From positions 90,840 through 154,839 of the forward strand of contig JADLAV010000031.1 of assembly GCA_020848075.1 (NCBI GenBank): a stretch of DNA of 64,000 nt, given 5' to 3'. This document shows positions 57,212-64,000 of the stretch, in pieces. The number at the start of each line of letters is the position of its first letter. Positions within the stretch are counted from its first letter, which is position 1. Source of the DNA: Burkholderiales bacterium (GTDB lineage: Bacteria; Pseudomonadota; Gammaproteobacteria; Burkholderiales; SG8-39). The notes under the pieces were generated by a model. The model was given only the letters and a program-made list of their open reading frames with translations. It had not been told where the DNA came from and did not search any database. The position numbers and the translations under genes are program-made.

Positions 57212-58711
57212 TCAGAGCTTGCTGGTCGCGACGTGCTTCACGAGCGCGTCCACGGACGTGTGCATGACGTCGGTGAACGGCTTCGGATAGACCCCCATGC
57301 CGAGCACCGCGACCGCGAGCAGCCCGAGCACCACGAGCTCCCGCGCGTTGATGTCGGTGAGCTCGGCGACGTGCGGGTTGCCGATGTCGCCGAAGATCAC
57401 CCGCTTGTACATCCAGAGCGTATACGCCGCGCCGATCACGAGCGTCGTCGCGGCGACGAAGCCGACCCAGAAGGCATGGCTCACCGCGCCCATGATCACC
57501 ATGAACTCGCCGACGAAGCCGCTCAGCCCCGGGAGCCCGGAGTTCGCCATCGCGAACAGCATCATCAGGGCGGCGAACTTCGGCATGGTGTTCGCGAGCC
57601 CGCCATAGTCGGCGATCATGCGCGAGTGCATGCGATCGTACATCACCCCGACACAGAGGAACATGGCGGCCGAGACGAACCCGTGCGAGATCATCTGCAC
57701 GAGCCCGCCCTCGACCGCGATCGGGATCAGGCGGCCGCCGTTGAACATGAAGAACCCGAGCGTCACGAACCCCATGTGGGCGACCGACGAATAGGCGATC
57801 AGCTTCTTCATGTCCGCCTGCACCAGCGCGACGAGGCCGATGTAGACGACCGCGACGAGCGACAGCGTGATCATGAAGCCCGAGAGCGCGACGCTCGCGT
57901 CCGGCAGGATCGGCAGCGAGAACCGGATGAATGCGTACGCGCCGAGCTTGAGCATGATGGCGGCAAGCACCACCGACCCGCCGGTGGGCGCCTCGACGTG
58001 CGCGTCCGGCAGCCAGGTGTGGACCGGCCACATCGGCACCTTCACGGAGAACGCGGCGAAGAACGCGAAGAAGAGGAGCACCTGCGCGGTCATCGTCAGC
58101 GGCAGGCGCCAGAAGTCGACGATTGCGAAGCTGCCTCCCGCCTTGTTGTAGAGGTAGATGAGCGAGACCAGGAACAGGAGCGATCCGAGCAGCGTGTAGA
58201 GGAAGAACTTGAGCGCGGCGTAGACCCGGTTCGGGCCGCCCCACACGCCGATCACGAGGTACATCGGAATCAGGTTCGCCTCGAAGAACACGTAGAACAG
58301 CATGGCGTCGAGCGCCGCGAACACTCCGTTCATCAGGCCGGACATGATGAGGAACGCCGCCAGGTACTGGCTCACCCGGGTCTGGATCACCTCCCAGCCT
58401 GCGAGCACGACGAGCACCGTGACGAAGCTGTTCAACAGGATGAAGATGAGCGAGATGCCGTCGACGCCGAGGTGGTAATTGATGTTGACACTCTCGATCC
58501 ACGGCGAGAACTCGGTGAACTGCATCGCGCTCGTGCCGGCGTCGAATCCGGTATAGAGCGGAATCGTCACCGCGAAGCCGAGCACGGCGCCAAGGAGCGC
58601 CAGCGGGCGTGCGACGTGTGCATTGCGGTCGCCGCCGGTCGCCATGACGGCGAGCCCCGCGAGCACCGGGACCCAGATCGCGAGCGACAGCCAGTAGGTT
58701 TGCGCCTGCAT
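57212..58711 (-). CDS. nuoM: NADH-quinone oxidoreductase subunit M
   Basis: 499 aa antiporter-like subunit, positioned between nuoL and nuoN. Confidence 0.92.
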   Translation of the reverse strand: MQAQTYWLSLAIWVPVLAGLAVMATGGDRNAHVARPLALLGAVLGFAVTIPLYTGFDAGTSAMQFTEFSPWIESVNINYHLGVDGISLIFILLNSFVTVLVVLAGWEVIQTRVSQYLAAFLIMSGLMNGVFAALDAMLFYVFFEANLIPMYLVIGVWGGPNRVYAALKFFLYTLLGSLLFLVSLIYLYNKAGGSFAIVDFWRLPLTMTAQVLLFFAFFAAFSVKVPMWPVHTWLPDAHVEAPTGGSVVLAAIMLKLGAYAFIRFSLPILPDASVALSGFMITLSLVAVVYIGLVALVQADMKKLIAYSSVAHMGFVTLGFFMFNGGRLIPIAVEGGLVQMISHGFVSAAMFLCVGVMYDRMHSRMIADYGGLANTMPKFAALMMLFAMANSGLPGLSGFVGEFMVIMGAVSHAFWVGFVAATTLVIGAAYTLWMYKRVIFGDIGNPHVAELTDINARELVVLGLLAVAVLGMGVYPKPFTDVMHTSVDALVKHVATSKL

Positions 58712-58723
58712 GTGTCGTTACGG

Positions 58724-60727
58724 TCAGCCGAGCGGCGCGTCCCGCCACAGCCACAGCCAGACGGTCAGCAGCGCCAGCAGGCCGATGAACATGGTGAACG
58801 CGTAGTTGTAGAGGAAGCCCGTCTGGAACCGGCGCACGACGCGCGCGATCAGCCCGACCAGGCGCGCCGAGCCGTTGACCAGCGCGCCGTCGATCACCGC
58901 GACGTCGCCGCCCTTCCACAGCCCCTTCCCGACCGCGCGCGCGCCGCCGGCGAAGAACCAGTCGTTGAATTCGTCGCAGCCGTACTTGCGCTCCAGGATC
59001 CGCGTCACGATTCCGAACCGCTCGCGGACCACTCCCGCGAGCTCCGGCCGCGCGATGTACAGATACCATGCGGTCGCGAGTCCGGCCACCGTCAGCCAGA
59101 AGGCAGCCGTGGTGAGCGAGTGGAGCATCATCGCCCAGACGCCGTGGAACTGCGCGGCGAGCTCGGCGGGCCACGGATGCCCGGGAGCGACGACGATCGC
59201 GCCGTCGAAGAAGCTGCCGTACAGCACCGTGCCGATGGTCCAGCCCGCGCCGATCGACGGTATCGCGAGCAGCACGAGCGGCAGCGTGATCACCCACGGC
59301 GACTCGTGCGGCGCACCCTGGTGCCCGTGGCCGTCGTGACCATGGGCAGCCGCGGAGGTGTCGAACCGCTCCTTGCCGTGAAACGCGAAGAACACCAGGC
59401 GGAACGAGTACAGCGCGCCGACGAACACGCCCGCGAGCGCGAGCGCGAACGCGAAGTCCGCACCCGGACGCTCGGCGGCGTGCAGCGCCTCGATGATCGA
59501 CTCCTTGGAGAAGAAGCCCGCGAACGGCGGGAACCCCGCGTTCGCCAGCGCGCCGATCAGCACGGCTGCGTAGGTGATCGGCATGTACTTGCGCAGGCCG
59601 CCCATCCGGCGCATGTCCTGCTCGTGGTGCAGCGCCACGATGACCGAGCCGGCGCCGAGGAACAGCACCGCCTTGAAGAAGGCGTGCGTCATCAGGTGGA
59701 ACATCGCCGCCGAGTAGGCCGAGGCGCCGAGCGCCATGGTCATGTAGCCGAGATGGGAGAGCGTCGAGTAGGCGATCACCCGCTTGATGTCGTACTGCAC
59801 CAGCGCGACGAGCGCCATGAAGAACGAAGTGATCGCGCCGATCACCAGCACGAACGAGAGCGCAGCGTCGGAGAGCTCGAAGAGCGGCGACATGCGCGCC
59901 AGCATGAAGATCCCGGCCGTCACCATGGTGGCGGCATGGATGAGCGCGGAGATCGGGGTCGGGCCTTCCATCGAATCCGGCAGCCACACGTGGAGCGGGA
60001 ACTGCGCGCTCTTCGCCATCGCCCCGACGAACAGGCAGATGCAGATCACCGTCAGCACCGCCGATTGCGTCCCGGGCAGGATCTCCATGGTGGCGGCGGA
60101 CATGCGTGGTGCGGCGGCGAATACGGTCGCGTAGTCCAGGCTCCCGAAATGGGCGAGCACGAGGCCGATGCCGAGGATGAACCCGAAGTCGCCGACGCGG
60201 TTCACCAGGAACGCCTTCAGGTTGGCGTAGATGGCGGTCGGGCGCCGGTACCAGAAGCCGATCAGCAGGTAGGACACGAGGCCCACCGCCTCCCAGCCGA
60301 AATAGAGCTGCAGGAAGTTGTTCGCCATCACCAGCATGAGCATGCAGAAGGTGAAGAGCGCGATATAGGCGAAGAACCGCTGGTAGCCCGGATCGTCGGC
60401 CATGTACCCGATGGTGTAGACGTGCACCATCAGCGAGACGAACGTGACGACTACCATCATGAGGGCGGTCAGCCGGTCGATCAGGAATCCGATCTCGAAC
60501 CTCACGCCCCCCGAGACGAGCCACGTGTAGACGGTCCCGTCGATCGTCGCGCCGTCGAGCGTCTGGTAGAAGATGACGCAGGAGACGGCGAACGCGAGCG
60601 CGACCCCGGCGATGGCCACCCGATGCGACCAGGTCCGCCCGATCGCGCCGCCGAAGAGGCCGGCGACGATCGCGCCGGCGAGCGGCGCGAGCGGCACGAG
60701 GAGCGCCAGTTGCATCGCCCCGGTCAT
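58724..60727 (-). CDS. nuoL: NADH-quinone oxidoreductase subunit L
   Basis: 667 aa antiporter-like subunit with a long C-terminal extension. Confidence 0.92.
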   Translation of the reverse strand: MTGAMQLALLVPLAPLAGAIVAGLFGGAIGRTWSHRVAIAGVALAFAVSCVIFYQTLDGATIDGTVYTWLVSGGVRFEIGFLIDRLTALMMVVVTFVSLMVHVYTIGYMADDPGYQRFFAYIALFTFCMLMLVMANNFLQLYFGWEAVGLVSYLLIGFWYRRPTAIYANLKAFLVNRVGDFGFILGIGLVLAHFGSLDYATVFAAAPRMSAATMEILPGTQSAVLTVICICLFVGAMAKSAQFPLHVWLPDSMEGPTPISALIHAATMVTAGIFMLARMSPLFELSDAALSFVLVIGAITSFFMALVALVQYDIKRVIAYSTLSHLGYMTMALGASAYSAAMFHLMTHAFFKAVLFLGAGSVIVALHHEQDMRRMGGLRKYMPITYAAVLIGALANAGFPPFAGFFSKESIIEALHAAERPGADFAFALALAGVFVGALYSFRLVFFAFHGKERFDTSAAAHGHDGHGHQGAPHESPWVITLPLVLLAIPSIGAGWTIGTVLYGSFFDGAIVVAPGHPWPAELAAQFHGVWAMMLHSLTTAAFWLTVAGLATAWYLYIARPELAGVVRERFGIVTRILERKYGCDEFNDWFFAGGARAVGKGLWKGGDVAVIDGALVNGSARLVGLIARVVRRFQTGFLYNYAFTMFIGLLALLTVWLWLWRDAPLG

Positions 60728-60842
60728 GCGGCCGCCCCCGGCGCACGGCGATCGCCGGTCGCCGCCAGGACCGTCGGACCCGCGGCACGGCTCGTCACCA
60801 GACCTTCGCGCATCGCCTCCCTCCCCTTCCCCTTGGTCACCG

Positions 60843-61148
60843 TCATCCTTTCAGGGTGTCGAGATCCTCGACGTGAATGCTGCGCAGGTTGCGGAACAGC
60901 ACCATGAGGATCGCGAGCCCGATCGCGGATTCGGCAGCCGCCACCGTCAGGATGAAGAACACGAAGACCTGCCCCGCGATGTCGTGCAGGTAGTACGAGA
61001 ACGCGATGAAATTGAGGTTCACCGCGAGCAGCATGAGCTCGATCGCCATCAGAAGGATGATCACGTTCTTCCGGTTGAGGAAGATGCCGACGATGCTGAT
61101 CGCGAAGAGCGCGGCTCCGAGGATCAGGAAATGCGACAGCGACAGCAC
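60843..61148 (-). CDS. nuoK: NADH-quinone oxidoreductase subunit K
   Basis: GTG start at 61148 after aGGGGAGattac gives 101 aa starting (M)[29 protein letters not shown], which is the canonical NuoK length. The track ORF from the ATG at 61211 adds 21 non-conserved residues. Confidence 0.9.
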   Translation of the reverse strand: MLSLSHFLILGAALFAISIVGIFLNRKNVIILLMAIELMLLAVNLNFIAFSYYLHDIAGQVFVFFILTVAAAESAIGLAILMVLFRNLRSIHVEDLDTLKG

Positions 61149-61275
61149 CGTAATCTCCCCTTCCCGGTTCAGCGATGCGTCAGGAGCGACGGGCAAGGCG
61201 CCGCGCGCCATTCCGGCGCGACCACGGCCGGACGACGAATGCCACGGCCTCCCTCACCCCTCGCTACCCCGCGCC

Positions 61276-61878
61276 TCACTTTTCCTTCTCCGCCGGCATC
61301 GACACGAGCCGGACGCGGTCCGCCCGCCGCACCGCGACCTGCCGCGCCGGGTCCTGGTACTTGGTGTCCTTGCGCTTGCGCAGCGTCAGCGCGATCGCCG
61401 CGACGATCGCGACCAGCAGCAGCACCGCCGCCAGCTCGAACGGGTATACGTACTCCGTGTAGACGATGCGGCCGAGCGCCTTCGTGTTGCTGTAGCCCGC
61501 CCCGGGGTCGCCCGGCGGCGGCAGCGCGCCGGCCCCGAAGTAGCCGCGGCCGAGGACGAGCACGGTCTCGACCAGCATGATCGCGGCGACCGCGAGGGCG
61601 AGCGGAAGGTGGTGCCAGAAACCCTCGCGCAGCCGGTCGAGGTTGATGTCGAGCATCATCACCACGAACAGGAACAGCACCATCACCGCGCCGACGTACA
61701 CGAGCACCAGCGCGATGGCGAGGAACTCCGCGCGGAGGAGCAGCCAGATCGCCGCCGCGGTGAAGAAGGCGAGGACCAGGAAGAGCGCGGCGTGCACCGG
61801 GTTGCGCGCGGTGATCACGCGCAGCCCGGCGAAGATGAGGATCGCCCCGAAGATCCAGAAGACGTAGTACTCGAACAT
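61276..61878 (-). CDS. nuoJ: NADH-quinone oxidoreductase subunit J
   Basis: 200 aa, five-TM pattern, operon position. Confidence 0.9.
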   Translation of the reverse strand: MFEYYVFWIFGAILIFAGLRVITARNPVHAALFLVLAFFTAAAIWLLLRAEFLAIALVLVYVGAVMVLFLFVVMMLDINLDRLREGFWHHLPLALAVAAIMLVETVLVLGRGYFGAGALPPPGDPGAGYSNTKALGRIVYTEYVYPFELAAVLLLVAIVAAIALTLRKRKDTKYQDPARQVAVRRADRVRLVSMPAEKEK

Positions 61879-62370
61879 TTAGCGGTACGCCGCGTCGGTT
61901 GCGCGATCCTTCGCGATCTGCTCCTCGAACCGGTCGCCGACCGCGAGGAGCATCTCCTTCGTGTAGTACAGGTCACCGCGCTTCTCGCCGTGGTACTCGA
62001 GGAGCCGCGTCTCGACGATCGAGTCGACCGGGCAGGACTCCTCGCAGAAGCCGCAGAAAATGCACTTCGTCAGGTCGATGTCGTACCGGGTGGTCCGGCG
62101 CGTCCCGTCGGCACGCTCGGCCGACTCGATCGTGATCGCGAGCGCCGGGCACACCGCCTCGCAGAGCTTGCACGCGATGCAGCGCTCCTCCCCGTTCGGG
62201 TAGCGGCGCAGGGCGTGCAGACCGCGAAAGCGCGGCGACTGGGGCGTCTTCTCCTCGGGGTATTGCACGGTGATCTTGCGCGCGAACAGGTACCGGCCGG
62301 TGACCGCCATCCCCTTCGCCAGCTCGAGCAGGAGAAAGGTCCTGAAGAAGTCGCGGATGCGATCGATCAT
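61879..62370 (-). CDS. nuoI: NADH-quinone oxidoreductase subunit I
   Basis: 163 aa. Two 4Fe-4S motifs, [12 protein letters not shown] and [12 protein letters not shown]. Confidence 0.95.
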   Translation of the reverse strand: MIDRIRDFFRTFLLLELAKGMAVTGRYLFARKITVQYPEEKTPQSPRFRGLHALRRYPNGEERCIACKLCEAVCPALAITIESAERADGTRRTTRYDIDLTKCIFCGFCEESCPVDSIVETRLLEYHGEKRGDLYYTKEMLLAVGDRFEEQIAKDRATDAAYR

Positions 62371-62407
62371 CGCGCATCTCCTCGACGTGCCAGATGGCGC
62401 GCGCGCG

Positions 62408-63502
62408 TCACGGCGACGTCCAGATGTTGTAGGGCGTCTGCATCCACGCCGCGATCACCACCAGCCAGACGATGGTGAGCGGGATGAACACCTTCCAGCC
62501 GAGCCGCATGATCTGGTCGTACCGGTAGCGCGGGAAGGTCGCCCGGAACCACAGGAAGAGGAAGAGGAGCGCCCCCACCTTGAGCGCGAGCCAGATGATC
62601 GGCGGCACCGCGCCCAGCACCGCGGAATCGATCGGCGCGAGCCACCCGCCGAGGAACATGATGCTGGCGAGCGTCGACACCAGGATCATGTTCGCGTACT
62701 CGCCGAGAAAGAAGAGCGCGAACGCCATGCCCGAGTATTCGACGTGGAAGCCGGCGACGATCTCCGACTCGCCCTCCGCCACGTCGAAGGGCAGCCGGTT
62801 CGTCTCGGCGACCGCGGCGATGAAGTAGACCAGGAACATCGGGAGGAGCGGCAGCCAGTTCCAGGAGAGGAAATTGAGCCCGGCGTCGGCGAATCGCCCG
62901 CGTGCCTGGCTGTTCACGATGTCCGAGAGGTTGAGGCTCTGCGACACCAGCAGCACGCACACGAGCGCGAACCCCATGGCGATCTCGTACGAAATGATCT
63001 GCGCCGCCGACCGCATCGCGCCGAGGACCGCGTATTTCGAGTTGGCGGCCCAGCCGGCGATGATCACGCCGTAGACCCCCATCGAGGTGATCGCGATCAC
63101 GTAGAGCAGCCCCGCGTCGATGTCGGAGAGCACCAGCTCGGGCGCGAACGGCACCACGGCCCAGGCCGCGAGCGCGGGCATGAGCGAGAGCATCGGCGCG
63201 ATGACGAAGAGCAGCTTGTTCGCGCCGCTCGGGACGACGACCTCCTTGAAGAGGAGCTTGAGAACGTCGGCGAACGGCTGCAGGAGCCCGGCCGGTCCGA
63301 CCCGGTTCGGGCCGATCCGCACCTGCATGTAGCCGATCACCTTGCGCTCGGCCAGCGTGAGATAGGCCACGCAGAGGATGACCGGCAGCGCGATGCAGAC
63401 GATCAGCACGAGGTACTTGACGGTGAGGAAGAGCGCCGGGCCCCACTCCGCGCCGAAGAGCGACGCGGAGTAGCCTTCGAGCGCTTGCGCGAGCTCGGTC
63501 AT
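62408..63502 (-). CDS. nuoH: NADH-quinone oxidoreductase subunit H
   Basis: Met 48 of ORF 62408..63643 (364 aa). [20 protein letters not shown] motif. Confidence 0.93.
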   Translation of the reverse strand: MTELAQALEGYSASLFGAEWGPALFLTVKYLVLIVCIALPVILCVAYLTLAERKVIGYMQVRIGPNRVGPAGLLQPFADVLKLLFKEVVVPSGANKLLFVIAPMLSLMPALAAWAVVPFAPELVLSDIDAGLLYVIAITSMGVYGVIIAGWAANSKYAVLGAMRSAAQIISYEIAMGFALVCVLLVSQSLNLSDIVNSQARGRFADAGLNFLSWNWLPLLPMFLVYFIAAVAETNRLPFDVAEGESEIVAGFHVEYSGMAFALFFLGEYANMILVSTLASIMFLGGWLAPIDSAVLGAVPPIIWLALKVGALLFLFLWFRATFPRYRYDQIMRLGWKVFIPLTIVWLVVIAAWMQTPYNIWTSP

Positions 63503-63557
63503 CGCGGCGCCCTCCCGCCGCGCGCCGGCGCTTCGACCCCGAGTGGGCGCCCCGCGG

Positions 63558-64000
63558 TCATGCCGGCTCCACGCGGATCTCGCCGAACATCGCGCCCAGC
63601 GCAGCGGTTGCCGGATGCGCCGCGGCGATGCGCACGCAGCCATCGGCGAGCCCGTCGTCGCGCGCGAGCTCGAGGACCGCCGTGCCGCTCTCCTGTCGCA
63701 CGCGCACCGGCGCCCCCGCCGCCAGGCCGAGCCGTGCGATCGTCGCCGCGTTCATGAAGGCACTCGGCGGCGCGGCATCGTGCGTCTGCTGGAGCGAGCT
63801 GGCGCGGCGCACCAGCGGGTCGGCCGAGTAGATCGGCACCTCCGCCACCCGCTCGAGCGCCGGCGCCGGCGCCCTTCGCTCGAGGGCGATGCCCGAAACG
63901 CGGTTGTCGAGCCGGCCCGCGACGTCCGACGCGCGGCACGCCGCATCGCGCACCGCTTCGCTCGTATCGAAATCGAAGCCCTCCACGCCGAGCATGTTGC
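63558..64000 (-). CDS. nuoG: NADH-quinone oxidoreductase subunit G, C-terminal part (gene continues beyond the window)
   Basis: The open frame reaches the window edge. The C-terminal sequence and the position upstream of nuoH support the call. Confidence 0.85.
   Translation of the reverse strand, partial: NMLGVEGFDFDTSEAVRDAACRASDVAGRLDNRVSGIALERRAPAPALERVAEVPIYSADPLVRRASSLQQTHDAAPPSAFMNAATIARLGLAAGAPVRVRQESGTAVLELARDDGLADGCVRIAAAHPATAALGAMFGEIRVEPA

Noticed and set aside
55659-60907. Giant ORFs of 1709 aa (minus strand) and 1224 aa (plus strand) across nuoL-nuoN
   Set aside because: They lie out of frame with or antisense to well-supported nuo genes. Their R/H/D/E/G-rich translations carry no motifs, so they are GC-driven artefacts.
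61149-61211. N-terminally extended NuoK starting at the ATG at 61211 (122 aa, as in the ORF track)
   Set aside because: The extension ([21 protein letters not shown]) is not NuoK-like. The GTG at 61148 has a GGGGAG Shine-Dalgarno sequence and gives the canonical 101-aa protein.

Overview
This window is 64 kb of a very GC-rich proteobacterial chromosome. Hand counts of sampled 60-nt lines give about 70-73% G+C. The gene order looks beta-proteobacterial, which is an inference from synteny only: dapA-bamC-MBL hydrolase, aat-bpt-pyrD, RnfB-like ferredoxin-nth, and nuoG..nuoN followed by a NUDIX gene. I can support about 60 protein genes, one tRNA-Arg(CCU), one clear terminator, one sigma-32-type promoter and several short tandem repeats. 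Most of the window is housekeeping: nnr, bcp, roxA, dapA, bamC, maiA, aat, bpt, pyrD, nth, htpG, greB, metY and the distal nuo operon. Many very long ORFs in the six-frame track have Arg/Ala/Pro/Gly-rich translations. They are alternative-frame artefacts of the high GC content and are rejected. The observations most worth a second look are these. (1) selD is translationally coupled to a SenB-type (TIGR04348-like) glycosyltransferase, and no senA, selA/selB or selU lies in the window. (2) A lower-GC block beside the tRNA carries a GntR regulator, a DOMON-less cytochrome b561, two dehydrogenases and a signal-less LVIVD propeller, with a perfect palindromic divergent promoter. (3) A 130-bp insertion/duplication rebuilt the 3' end of an acyl-CoA synthetase gene and uncoupled it from a DUF3422 gene. 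(4) A c-di-GMP neighbourhood brackets an orphan GspE-type ATPase and holds a perfect 5 x 13-bp GATAAT-bearing repeat in front of a PleD-like cyclase. (5) There are two unrelated AAA+/VWA pairs, one with an HExxH domain and one split by a GNAT gene. (6) Two unusually long nuo intercistronic spacers share a GAGGGAGGC motif and each opens a short ORF. I found no CRISPR array, transposase, integrase or rRNA. All family assignments come from motifs read by eye. No database search was run.
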